A DNA stretch of 64,000 nt from Rebecca billardiae RCC1528 (Eukaryota; Protista; Haptophyta). A model generated the notes under the pieces. The model was not told where the DNA came from. It worked only from the letters and a program-made list of their open reading frames with translations, and did not search any database. A program made the translations under genes and the position numbers. The DNA lies in assembly GCA_965240325.2 (NCBI GenBank), contig OZ251228.1, positions 1,860,001 through 1,924,000 on the forward strand, given 5' to 3'. Below are positions 44,763 through 56,300 of this stretch, one piece after another; positions within the stretch are counted from its first letter, which is position 1; every line of letters begins with the position of its first letter.

Positions 44763-46028
44763 TCACGCCGCGGCGCGCAATGCCAGCAGCTGCGGCCGCA
44801 GGCAGCGCAGCAGCCGGCGGTGGCCCTCCCCATTTGGGTGCAGCGCGTCAGGCATCAGCTCGCGGGCGACGATCGGGTCTTGCCACTCACGCGCGTCCTC
44901 GCCTGAGCCGCGCGCTTCGGCGCTCCCGCTGAACCGCCGGCGCTGCCGCTTGGCGACGAAGCTCCACGACGGGAAGAGCATCCGCTCGCCGTTGGGCGCG
45001 GCGCGTCGGAAGATGTGACCGCAGCTGGCGAGCGCAATGCGCCCGCCGTGCTGCGGCGGTGCGCTGACGGCGTCGGCAGCGGCGTCGGCGCGCATGGCCA
45101 CGCTGAGCTCGGCGACCACGCGCGCCAGCCCGCGGTTCGTCTCCTCCAGCACCGCCTCGAACGAGCGCATCGGCCGGCCGCCCTCGTCGCAGCGCGGAGG
45201 GCAGATGCGCTTCAGCACCGGTCTGTCATTGCGCGGCAGCAGGCTGTTCACCAGGACGGAGGCGCGGCTGTTGTGCAGCAGCCAGCTCGCGACGGCGCGC
45301 ACGCCGGCAATCGTCTCGTTCGCCGTGTGCCCCTGCCCGATGTTGTTCGTGCCGATGTGCAGGTTCACCACCGCGCGCGCGCGCCGCAGGCCGGGTGGCA
45401 GCTCTCCGTTCTGCAGCCGCCACAGCAGGTGCTGTGTCTGGTCGCCCGAGATGGCGAGGACGAGGGAGTGCGCGAACTCGGACGGGTCGAAGGCCGCCTG
45501 CAGCGCCTCGGGGGCGCCCTCGCACCGCGCGGCGGGCTGCCCCAGCTTCGTGCCCACGTAGCTCTCCGTGATCGAGTCCCCAATCATGAGCAGCGCACAC
45601 GGCGGCTCGGCAGCCGGACCGACAGCGCTCTTCTCGTGGAGCCGGTGCTCGGCGGCGGTCAGCTCGGCTTCGGCCTGACGCGCTAAGCGGATGTTGCGCC
45701 GGTGGGTCTGCCACCACGACAGGCAGAGGCCGCGCGTGTTCACCGTCACGTGCGTGCGCGGCGTTGGCGCCGTGGCGCGCTCGTGGCACTCGCCCTGCGA
45801 GGTGCACATGCGCACGTGCTTGTCGAATGGGCCGAGCGCGGCGCACGCGCGGTCCAGGTCCTCGTCATGCTGGGACGAAGCAACGGCGAGGGAGGCATTC
45901 GTCGGCGCCGCCGCGCCGAGCGCCAACGCGCCGACGACCGCCAGGCCGAGCAGGTGGGTGCACCTGCGCCGCGCGCCACGTGCAGCGTCCGCCATCATGC
46001 GCGAATGATGAGCAATCTTATTCAGCAC
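44763..46028 (-). CDS. SGNH/GDSL hydrolase (PAF-acetylhydrolase-like) with N-terminal hydrophobic segment
   Basis: MIGDSITE, AISGDQTQHLLWRL.NGEL, HIGTNN, MPDALHPN. Confidence 0.88.
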   Translation of the reverse strand: MLNKIAHHSRMMADAARGARRRCTHLLGLAVVGALALGAAAPTNASLAVASSQHDEDLDRACAALGPFDKHVRMCTSQGECHERATAPTPRTHVTVNTRGLCLSWWQTHRRNIRLARQAEAELTAAEHRLHEKSAVGPAAEPPCALLMIGDSITESYVGTKLGQPAARCEGAPEALQAAFDPSEFAHSLVLAISGDQTQHLLWRLQNGELPPGLRRARAVVNLHIGTNNIGQGHTANETIAGVRAVASWLLHNSRASVLVNSLLPRNDRPVLKRICPPRCDEGGRPMRSFEAVLEETNRGLARVVAELSVAMRADAAADAVSAPPQHGGRIALASCGHIFRRAAPNGERMLFPSWSFVAKRQRRRFSGSAEARGSGEDAREWQDPIVARELMPDALHPNGEGHRRLLRCLRPQLLALRAAA

Positions 46029-46161
46029 ATAGATGAGCTAGGCCGTTCATTCAGGGCCTGAGAACTAGAAAGTAGATAGATGACAGCAAGTATCCGTCTT
46101 TTTCAGGCCGCGCAGGCACCGCCAACCGGCGCGAGCGCGCTCCTCAGCAGTGCTTCTTCCC

Positions 46162-47705
46162 AATTTCATGCTCGGAAGTCCCACAGCGGGACTTCTCCGG
46201 GCCTGCGGTACTCGCCAGTGAAAACCTCCCGCGCCCCTCGAGATCATACGGAGTTGGCGGCGAGATCGCGCTCTTGCGGCGGGCGGCGGGCGGGAGCGCG
46301 CGCCGGCGCTCGCTCGCGCGCTCGCTGCCCGCAGCGCGCGCGTCAGGTCGTCGCGAGCGCTTGCGCACCGGCGCTAGGGCGCGTGCCACCTGCGCACGCC
46401 GCTGGTTCGCGCCTGCGCGCTCTGCTCCGCCGCTGCGGCGCTTGCGAGCGCTCGCCGTGTCCTGCGCTGGTTCCGGGCCGCGTCGAAAGCCTGGTTGTGC
46501 GGCCAGCCAAGTGTGGCGTTTGCGGCTTGGCGCGCGAGCGCGCGACGCAGCGGATGGCGCGTGTGAGCCGCCCGGCCAGCTACACTCGCCTCGTGCGCCG
46601 CGTGCCGACCGCGAGACCCAGATTCGACGCCGAGCGCTGCTCGGTCACGGTGAGACGGGTCGGCGCTCCGCATCGCAGAGCCGCGCGTGGTCGCGCAGAA
46701 GAGGCCGCGCGTGGCCGGCGCGGCCGCTGTGTGCCGTGGTCTAGACGTCAATTGCGTCCGCAGTAGGTGAGAACGCTTGCCTCGCCCAAGCGGTCACTCA
46801 TCTTCTGCCCGTACACAGCGCGTGACACGTGAGGTGGATTCCGGAAGGTGTCTCGAGGTCACGCCGTCACCGATCGTAGCCACATAAGCCCTTGCGTGGA
46901 AGAGCTGCGCTCACGGAGATCGTGCACGTGTCATCAGCGCGCTACCAGACCATAACCATCGAGTTCTTGAAGCCGTCTACCAATGGAGTAGGATGGATTT
47001 GTTCGAGCCCACTGCTGGCGGCACGAGATACGGCCCGGCACGCAGAGTCAGGTCAAGTCGCCCACTCGTGAGTGCGGCGTGACCGCTTGGGCAAGGCAAG
47101 CAACTGAGGACGCGATTGAAGTCTAGACCACGGCACACAGCGGCCGCGCCGGCCACGCGCGGCCTCTTCTGCGCGACCACGCGCGGCTCTGCGATGCGGA
47201 GCGCCGACCCGTCTCACCGTGACCGAGCAGCGCTCGGCGTCGAATCTGGGTCTCGCGGTCGGCACGCGGCGCACGAGGCGAGTGTAGCTGGCCGGGCGGC
47301 TCACACGCGCCATCCGCTGCGTCGCGCGCTCGCGCGCCAAGCCGCAAACGCCACACTTGGCTGGCCGCACAACCAGGCTTTCGACGCGGCCCGGAACCAG
47401 CGCAGGACACGGCGAGCGCTCGCAAGCGCCGCAGCGGCGGAGCAGAGCGCGCAGGCGCGAACCAGCGGCGTGCGCAGGTGGCACGCGCCCTAGCGCCGGT
47501 GCGCAAGCGCTCGCGACGACCTGACGCGCGCGCTGCGGGCAGCGAGCGCGCGAGCGAGCGCCGGCGCGCGCTCCCGCCCGCCGCCCGCCGCAAGAGCGCG
47601 ATCTCGCCGCCAACTCCGTATGATCTCGAGGGGCGCGGGAGGTTTTCACTGGCGAGTACCGCAGGCCCGGAGAAGTCCCGCTGTGGGACTTCCGAGCATG
47701 AAATT
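46162..47705. mobile_element. Foldback element with ~630-bp inverted arms (about 46162-46799 and 47078-47705)
   Basis: Near-perfect inverted repeat from aatttcatgctcgg to ccgagcatgaaatt; TTCTTCC occurs at both outer edges. Confidence 0.75.
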
Positions 47706-47813
47706 CTTCCACTGGGCGTGAGTCCCGGTGAACGGCAAACTCGATCGTCGAAGCAGCGGAAGTCTCGATCGCGCCTTTCTCCAGTCACTCCGCCGTCACG
47801 AGCGACGGCTGCG

Positions 47814-49262
47814 ATGGCGTCCGTGCCGAACGCGCACCCGTACGCATGGCCTTACGACGGCGCAATCAAGCGCGAGACCACCGCGCTCATCATCATCGAC
47901 ATGCAGGTCGACTTCTGCGGCGTCGGCGGTTACGTCGAGCAGATGGGATACGACATCTCGCTCACGCGCGCGCCGATCGCGCCGCTCAGCAAGCTGCTCG
48001 CGGCGGCGCGCGCCGTGGGGGTGCGCGTGATCCACACGCGTGAGGGACACCGCCCCACGCTGAGCGACCTGCCGGAGAACAAGCGCGTGCGCTCGAAGGG
48101 CATCGGCGCGGAGATTGGCGCGCCCGGGCCGTGTGGCCGCGTGCTCACGCGCGGCGAGCCGGGCTGGGAGATCATCCCGGAGCTGGCGCCACTGCCGAGC
48201 GAGGATGTCATCGACAAGCCTGGCAAGGGCTGCTTCATGGCCACCGATCTCGACCACCTCCTCCGCACCGCCGGCGTGCGCCACCTGCTGATCGGCGGCA
48301 TCACGACGGACGTGTGCGTGCACACGACGATGCGCGATGCCAACGACATGGGCTACGAGTGCCTGCTGCTGTCGGACGGCACGGCGGCGACGGACCCGAG
48401 CAACCACACGGCGGCCCTCGCCATGGTGGGCATGCAGGGCGGCGTCTTCGGCGCCGTCGCCGACTGCGACGCCGCCGCGCGCATGCTGCAGGCGCTCGGC
48501 CCGGCCAAGCCGCCGCCGCCGCCGCCGGCCGCGGCGCGCAAGGCGCCTCTCGGCGAGCTCAAGCTGCCCAAGGCGAGCCCGCGCGAGTTCAAGGCGCCGG
48601 GCTCGGGGCTCGCGCTCATCATGATCGACTTCCAGCGCGACTTCTTCGAGCCCGGCGGCTTCGCCGCGCAGCTCGGCAACGACATCTCGCAGCTGGCGCC
48701 GTGCGTCGAGCCCGCGAAGCGACTGCTCGCCGCGGCGCGCGCGGCGAGCGTGACCGTCGTGCACACGCTCGAGTGCCACGCGGCGGACGGCTCGGACCTG
48801 CCGCCGGCGAAGAAGGCGCGGTGCCCGTCGATCGGCGAGGTCCTCGACCCCGCGCGCGGCCGCATCCTCATCGAGGGCGAGCCCGGCAACGCGATCATCG
48901 ACTCGCTCGCGCCGGTGGGCGGCGAGCTGATCGTGAACAAGCCGGGCAAGGGCGCGTTCTGGCTGACGGGCCTCCACGAGCGGCTGCAAGCGGTGGGCGT
49001 GACGCACCTGCTCTTCGCCGGCGTGACGACGGAGGTGTGCGTCCAGACCACGATGCGCGAGGCCAACGACCGCGGGTACGACTGCTGCCTCGTCACCGAC
49101 GCCACCGGCTCGTATTTCCCCGAGTTCAAGAAGTCGACGATTGAGATGGTCACCGCGCAGGGCGGCATCGTCGGCTGGGCGGCGTCGGGCGACGAGGTGT
49201 GCGCCGCGCTCGGCGAGCTGGCGGGCAAGGGCTTCAGCACCGTGCCGTGCCGCCAGCAGTGA
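47814..49262 (+). CDS. Two-domain cysteine hydrolase: biuret hydrolase (BiuH)-like fused to triuret hydrolase (TrtA)-like
   Basis: Domain 1 PYAWPYDG, IIDMQVDFCG.GGYV, KPGKG, GITTDVCVHTT, MQGG; domain 2 IDFQRDF.EPGGF...LGND, KPGKG, GVTTEVCVQTT, SYFP, QGGIVGW; both Asp-Lys-Cys triads intact. Confidence 0.85.
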   Translation: MASVPNAHPYAWPYDGAIKRETTALIIIDMQVDFCGVGGYVEQMGYDISLTRAPIAPLSKLLAAARAVGVRVIHTREGHRPTLSDLPENKRVRSKGIGAEIGAPGPCGRVLTRGEPGWEIIPELAPLPSEDVIDKPGKGCFMATDLDHLLRTAGVRHLLIGGITTDVCVHTTMRDANDMGYECLLLSDGTAATDPSNHTAALAMVGMQGGVFGAVADCDAAARMLQALGPAKPPPPPPAAARKAPLGELKLPKASPREFKAPGSGLALIMIDFQRDFFEPGGFAAQLGNDISQLAPCVEPAKRLLAAARAASVTVVHTLECHAADGSDLPPAKKARCPSIGEVLDPARGRILIEGEPGNAIIDSLAPVGGELIVNKPGKGAFWLTGLHERLQAVGVTHLLFAGVTTEVCVQTTMREANDRGYDCCLVTDATGSYFPEFKKSTIEMVTAQGGIVGWAASGDEVCAALGELAGKGFSTVPCRQQ

Positions 49263-50260
49263 GTCGGCGAGCACGCGCGCAAGGCCGAACTTCAAGGCGT
49301 TCGCATCGGCTGGGCTCGCGGGCGGGCACCCAGGGCACCCAGGGTCCGCAACAGCCCACCGACACTCGCTTCGCGGCGATTTTCACCTTCGCCCACCGCC
49401 AGTGTCGTGAAACTTCGCGCTCGCGGGTTTGGTGTACGGGCCCGCATAATGAACTGAAAAATGTTAACTTTCCGGGGGGATTATAATCATAATTATATTG
49501 AACGTCTGCTAATAATATATATATATATTATTTGACAACACCACTACTGTCACTTAGTCAAGCGCCGATGTTTTTCAACAGCTACTGCCTACTGCTTACG
49601 CCACTGTTCTGTCGTATATACCACAATATCTCTGAGTAATGGTCGGCCGTGCTGAGTAGTTACTGTCGAGAGAACCGCGCGACGACCACAGACATTGCGG
49701 ACGAAGTGAAGCTTCAGCGTCGTGGATCGAGCTGTCGGCTAATTCTGCGAAGTAATTTCACATCGACACATCGTCTTCGCGGGTCAAAGATTCCCGGACG
49801 GTGACTCGTTCGTCTGATTCTGTCTCAGAAGCATCGAGATGAGGTCGTCAGTAGGATGTGCGTTGCCTTCCATGCTGTTTTGCTGTCGATTCATGATCAG
49901 GTCAGTGTTGATTTTGGATGATTTTGTGCGAGCGCCGCCGCAGCGGTCGCGCCGCCACTGTGTGACTGCGAGTAAAATGTTGGTTGGAAATAAAATGTTG
50001 GTTGGAAATTGGAAATCACTGTAGATTGGCGATTCCTTTGACAGTTACTATAGCTAGGACTAGCTATACAGTTCGTCAGTGCCAGTGGCACGGCAGACGA
50101 CTACACGTAACACGCGCCGTTTACCGTTATTAATTAATCGTCATCTGACTATACACTACGCTGCTAGTTATAGTAGTTAAGCGTCGTCACGACGCTGCCT
50201 ATGCAGCCTATGGCCCCTATGGGGCTATGGCTCGGTATGTCCCGAGTATGTAAGCAGCTA

Positions 50261-50360
50261 NNNNNNNNNNNNNNNNNNNNNNNNNNNNNNNNNNNNNNNN
50301 NNNNNNNNNNNNNNNNNNNNNNNNNNNNNNNNNNNNNNNNNNNNNNNNNNNNNNNNNNNN
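50261..50360. other. Assembly gap (100 N)
   Basis: Run of N. Confidence 1.
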
Positions 50361-50981
50361 GCACCGCGCACGCACGTGCACTGCGCCCACCTGATGACCG
50401 TGCAGGACCCAAAATCGTTGGTGTCGGGTAGGCCTATGGTTACTGCGACCAGGCACGCGCGTGCGCCCGCAACCTGAGGACGTACACTGCCCACGCACGG
50501 GCATGACAGAGTGCGTCGACACGCGCAATTCAAACACAGTCGTGTAGCAGAGCCAACAACTCACTCTAGAGACGCCTCGAGACAGACCACTGAGCGCGGG
50601 GAAGACGCATAACATCCATGTACACGCTGCCCACCGGGCGCACCAGGGGCTAGAGCGCAGCTCGGCCTCTGGGTGCAGCTTCTCATCCGGCGTGTGCAAG
50701 CTGAGTCACGTCGCCGGCGTCGCACGGCGCCCGCGCTGAGCAACGCGGGTGAGATGAGGTGACGAGCGGCGGCAGAGGGCGGCAGTACACGTGCTCTTGC
50801 TCGGCGCACCACGCGCCGCGCGCGCGGGGACGTCCTCGCGGCCTACGTCGCGTTCTCGCGCGGCGGCGCGACGTGGGAAGGGCGACCCGGACTCAAACCT
50901 CGCAGCGCCCGCGGCAGCGGCGGCCGCGCCCGGACTCGAAGAGTGCCTCAGGAGGGGGGCAGTGTTGCTAATCTGCCCTGA

Positions 50982-52609
50982 GGCTTATCCCACAAACCCA
51001 CGGGCGGCGCCCCCAGCCGGGCAGCGACACGATGGCGGCCACGCGCGGCGCGCTCGTTCGCTCACATACGGCCGCTGCGGGTGCGCGCGCGCTGCGGGCG
51101 CGGGTCAGGACACCTACCGGCCTCATTCGCGCGCGCTCCCGCCCTCCCTCGCCGCCCTCGCCGCGCGCAGGCACCATCTGCTTTGCGTGCAACGCATCAC
51201 GCCCGCCCGCCCGCCGCGCCGCAACGCGCGCGCGCGCGCGCAGGAGGGCTTTTAAGGGCGAGTTCTCGCGTCTGCCTGGTGCGCATGTGTTCGGCGTGGA
51301 TGCGCAACGCCCGCTTGCCGGCGTGCGCGGACGTGCTCGGCGGCAAACACGGGTTCGGCACCTGCAACAGGCTCGTTCTCCCACCGGTGTCAAGGTATGG
51401 ATGTTTCGAGCAAAACCGGCCAAAATGGCGGATTTCGCAAGCTGCGGGCTGGTCAGAGATTGACGATGTCTGATTGCTGATTGACGATCGTCTGTGTGCT
51501 GACTGCTGGGCGCATATGTCACAGTGTTACTATGCTGCTGCTGTCAGACCTTCGCCGCCGGGGCATACGACTACATACACCGTGTTTGTATACACGCATC
51601 GTCAGCAACCTCTCGCGCTCATACCCGTCAGTGTCACTCAGCGTCATGTCAGCTGTCAGGCGCATCAGCGGCTCGTCGTCGCTCGCCACCGACCGCCGGC
51701 GCCAATTCGGTCATCAGGTCGTCAAGATCCACCGCCGCGTCGTCGTCGCGTGCGCGTGCAGCCTGGCCGAGACGGCCGTCGTGCCGACAGCTTTCCTGAG
51801 CCGGCACCATCGAGCGCCAGCGCGTCTCCGTCTTGACCGCTGAGCACTTCATCGCCGACGCGAGCGCAGACTCGGTCTTCGGCGCGTCGGTGGGTGCCGC
51901 CTCGCCCGTCGCCGCGGCTGCTGGTCGGGGGGCGCTATGATGACTGATCGAGCAGTCATCATAGCACTGCGTAGCGGGCGGGAGAGTTGACTCACGTGCT
52001 GACTTGTTTATCTCCATGCCGCGCGGCGCTGACCATAGACGCATCAGGCAGCGCGCGCGTGTGAACGACAGATCCGCCTTCGCTGATCATCAGACCAGCT
52101 GAGTGCCAAGGAACAAGTTGGGCTGCCCGTGTCAGGTGAGCCGCGTCGACGCGTTGCATAGCGCAGCAGACGGCAACAGTATCAACAAGGACAGGCACAC
52201 GCGCAGCATCAGTGCCGCTTCCTCCGTGCACGATGCCGATGTGCGCTTGCGGCAATCGGCCCGGCCAAGCTGACATTCGGCTCGCACAGCGCCGCTCTGA
52301 CCGATGACGCGAAGCGAGCGCCCAAGGAGCAGGCTTGACGGACGAAGAGATGACGCATGCGGTAGTGATCTGTCACTAGCGCGTGCGTGACTAGCGCGCG
52401 AGGCGCCAAGATGCGCGTTCAGCGCGCGCAACCGCGGCGAACGTCGCTTCCCTGCGGGCTCACCGCCGGTCCGCCGGCAGAGCGCCGGCACACCCCGCGC
52501 ACGCGCGAACCGTATGAAAGAGCGCCCGGACCGCAGCGATCTCATGAGATCGCTGCGGTCCGGGCGCTCTTTCAGCCGACCGCCCTCCCGTGGGTTTGTG
52601 GGATAAGCC
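50982..52609. mobile_element. PIF/Harbinger-like non-autonomous element M1, copy 1 (1.63 kb)
   Basis: TIR GGCTTATCCCACAAACCCACGGG; 3-bp TSD TGA; empty site at 55868-55870. Confidence 0.85.
52515..52574. repeat. Perfect 60-bp palindrome inside M1 (also 61167-61226)
   Basis: tgaaagagcgcccggaccgcagcgatctca|tgagatcgctgcggtccgggcgctctttca. Confidence 0.95.
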
Positions 52610-52612
52610 TGA

Positions 52613-53363
52613 GGCTTGCAAACCAAGCCCCCCAAAACGGGATGGCGAGCACTGGGCGACGCGAGGGCCCGCCTGCGCAGCGCTCCCAAGGCCGCATGCG
52701 GGCGTGACAGCCGTGCGCGGGCAATTTGTGGGGGCTAGAAGACCCGTAGGCAGCAATCGTGCCGCCTCGCCGACGCCCTCGCCGCCCTCTCCGCGCGCAG
52801 AGACCTGCCGGATGGCAAGCGCAGTTCTGGAGAAGGCCTGTCCGACGAGCGTGATGGGCACGCGTGCGCCCCTGGGACATTCAAAGGTCGGCTTTTTCGC
52901 TTCTGCGAGATGGGCATGGGTGTACTCAATATCACTGCTTCGCCGGCAGCCATGCCGACATCGATCAGACCGCACACACACGCTCGACAGCTGGCAGACC
53001 AGCAACCGGTTGAAATGGCGGCGCGCGTGATCACAAGGCTGTCGGCGAGGAGACCGCAGTGCGAGCCAAAGGAGGGCGCGCAAGACATGCATCTCGGTCG
53101 TGAGGCGTGCATGAGCCGCGAGCACGGGCACGACGTGCACGGCAAAGCCCGTCATGCGCCTCGACGCGCACGCGCCGCGGCGGACGACCGAGCAGGGCGC
53201 GCGCGCCGCGCAGGCTGGCGGCGGCTGGCCTTCTTGGCGGCGGCTGTCCGGGAGTGCCCGCGCACGCGCAACGCGTATTCAAAGAGCTCCCGGAAGGCAT
53301 CGACTCCTAAGGGACGGTGCCTTTCGCCGCGCGAGGGGTTTTGGGGGGCTTGGTTTGCAAGCC
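52613..53363. mobile_element. PIF/Harbinger-like MITE M2 (751 bp)
   Basis: TIR GGCTTGCAAACCAAGCCCCCCAAAA; TGA on both sides. Confidence 0.85.
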
Positions 53364-56300
53364 TGAGGGCACCGTGCCCTCTGGAGGGCACCGTGCCCTC
53401 GTGGGGCTCTGAGGGCACGGTGCCCTCGCGGGACGCAGCCTCGCACTGCGCGGCGCGCCGCGATGAGTTCGAGTGGTGGACGGGGGTGCATCGGGTGCTA
53501 GTGACGGTACGATGGGCCGCGACGAGCCCACCATCACCCAGTGATCTCGCGCGGTGCCAGCTCGCCCTCCTCCTCGTCGTCACTCGCACTGGCACCACGT
53601 CGCGCGCGCGCGCGCATGGCTTGCCTTGCGCGCGCTGTGTTCACGCGCAGTCTGCTTGGCAGCAGGGCGACCGTGGCTGGTGGTTGCGGTCGCGGATGAT
53701 TGGAGTGTGTGCAGCTACGCTACATCCGCACGCGACCCGCCCGTCCTCGTCGAGCGCTGGAGAGACACGCGTGTCGCGCATGCACTCGAGTGGAAGCAGG
53801 AGAGCGGCACGCGAGCTTGGCTGCGCGCGCACGACAAGGTGCGCCAACACACAGCTCCTCCCGCCATGAGCACCAGCTACGCACACACCCCTTCCGCGCT
53901 GCCTGACCTGCGAGGCCGCCGCGGTGCGGACACTGCGTGAGACACCCACGGTCAGCGGCCACGGCTGACACGGTCGCGTGCTGCACAGCAATCTGGCTCA
54001 TAGCATACTCTCGCGAGCAATGGCCACATCGACCGGCTAGCCATGTCAGTCCGATCAGCGATGGCGCGACATCGCTGCTGTCTGCCGGTGCCCCTACCCT
54101 CCCGCAATGCCGCCCTTGTTCCTCTTGGAACGGCGGGCTTGATCGCTCCGCGCGCCGCTGACGCTGCTTGAACCGTTCACGGCCGCGCTCGAGCTCGCGC
54201 TCGCTGCATCGGCGGCACCGCCGCCCGTGGTCGTGCTCTCTGTCACCACCGCCGTGGCGGTGCGGATGCTTTACTCGTGCTCTGACTTGTCGCGCGCCGG
54301 CAGCCGCCAAGCGAGCGCCTACGAATCCGGCCGGCAGGGCGGCCGACTTCACTGCCTGCGAGTGCGCGCTGGGAGGAGCTGCAGCCGCGTGCATACCCGG
54401 CGCCCTGGTTCCGGCAGCTGCATCCGCACCCGCCCGACACGCCGCTTGGTGAGCGCCTGACGCCGCATGCGCCGCGAGCGCCGACGGTGCTACTGCTGCA
54501 GCCGGGTGGACCCGGTGCCGAGCCGCTGACGCCTTGCACGTTGCGAACCCCACCGCCATTGCCGCGCCCGTCCGCATGCGCGTGGGACCGCGCTGCTGCG
54601 GCGATGCCGTCAGGCGAGCGGCGCGCGGCCTTGGCACCACCGCCAAAGTGCGAGTACGCGGAAGCGGCTGCTACAGCGCTGGGCTGCGTGCGGGGTGGGG
54701 CACGCCTACCACGCCTCTGCGGATAAGAGCTCCCTAGGCTCCATGCGCCGACGTCCCGTGTGAGCCCTGCAGCACAGCCGCCACGTCAAGTGTGTGCACA
54801 CATCAAGTCTCCAAGTCTCTGTCACAGCGGGATTTTCATTTATTATTCAAATCCATCGAGCGAAAAAAACGGCGGAAATCCCATTTATTGCCACATCGCG
54901 TTCTAAGTAAGTCACAACTGATGATGCTGATGGTACAGCTGCGGTGAAGCTGCCATCGCGAGCAATAGCAGTTGCTGTCTCAGCCGCAGCAGCTACAGCA
55001 GACGCTTGGAGTGGCATGCAGCGACAGGGCGCCCCAAGGTCATGGAGCTGCCCGCGCAGCTGCTCGGACGACAACCTAGTCCGTATTGCCGCCACTCAGC
55101 CGAGCGACGTGCCGCAGCTGCTGGACGTGCAAGGGCTGCTGGTGCCGTGGGCGCTATGGCGCCGAGGGTGGTTACGCCAGCGACAGCGATGGGGTTGACT
55201 GCCACCAGCGCTGCTGCTGTTGCAATCGAAGCTGCAGCAACGGCTGCATGAGCTGTTGACCAGTGTCAGCCGTGGCCGCTGACCGTGGGTGTCTCACGCA
55301 GTGTCCGCACCGCGGCGGCCTCGCAGGTCAGGCAGCGCGGAAGGGGTGTGTGCGTAGCTGGTGCTTATGGCGGGAGGAGCTGTGTGTTGGCGCACCTTGT
55401 CGTGCGCGCGCAGCCAAGCTCGCGTGCCGCTCTCCTGCTTCCACTCGAGTGCATGCGCGACACGCGTGTCTCTCCAGCGCTCGACGAGGACGGGCGGGTC
55501 GCGTGCGGATGTAGCGCAGCTGCACACACTCCAATCATCCGCGACCGCAACCACCAGCCACGGTCGCCCTGCTGCCAAGCAGACTGCGCGTGAACACAGC
55601 GCGCGCAAGGCAAGCCATGCGCGCGCGCGCGCGACGTGGTGCCAGTGCGAGTGACGACGAGGAGGAGGGCGAGCTGGCACCGCGCGAGATCACTGGGTGA
55701 TGGTGGGCTCGTCGCGGCCCATCGTACCGTCACTAGCACCCGATGCACCCCCGTCCACCACTCGAACTCATCGCGGCGCGCCGCGCAGTGCGAGGCTGCG
55801 TCCCGCGAGGGCACCGTGCCCTCAGAGCCCCACGAGGGCACGGTGCCCTCCAGAGGGCACGGTGCCCTCAGGGCAGATTAGCAACACTGCCCCCCTCCTG
55901 AGGCACTCTTCGAGTCCGGGCGCGGCCGCCGCTGCCGCGGGCGCTGCGAGGTTTGAGTCCGGGTCGCCCTTCCCACGTCGCGCCGCCGCGCGAGAACGCG
56001 ACGTAGGCCGCGAGGACGTCCCCGCGCGCGCGGCGCGTGGTGCGCCGAGCAAGAGCACGTGTACTGCCGCCCTCTGCCGCCGCTCGTCACCTCATCTCAC
56101 CCGCGTTGCTCAGCGCGGGCGCCGTGCGACGCCGGCGACGTGACTCAGCTTGCACACGCCGGATGAGAAGCTGCACCCAGAGGCCGAGCTGCGCTCTAGC
56201 CCCTGGTGCGCCCGGTGGGCAGCGTGTACATGGATGTTATGCGTCTTCCCCGCGCTCAGTGGTCTGTCTCGAGGCGTCTCTAGAGTGAGTTGTTGGCTCT

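Noticed and set aside
47478-47813. 112-aa N-terminal extension of the cysteine hydrolase
   Set aside because: Mostly within the foldback arm; homology begins at ATG 47814
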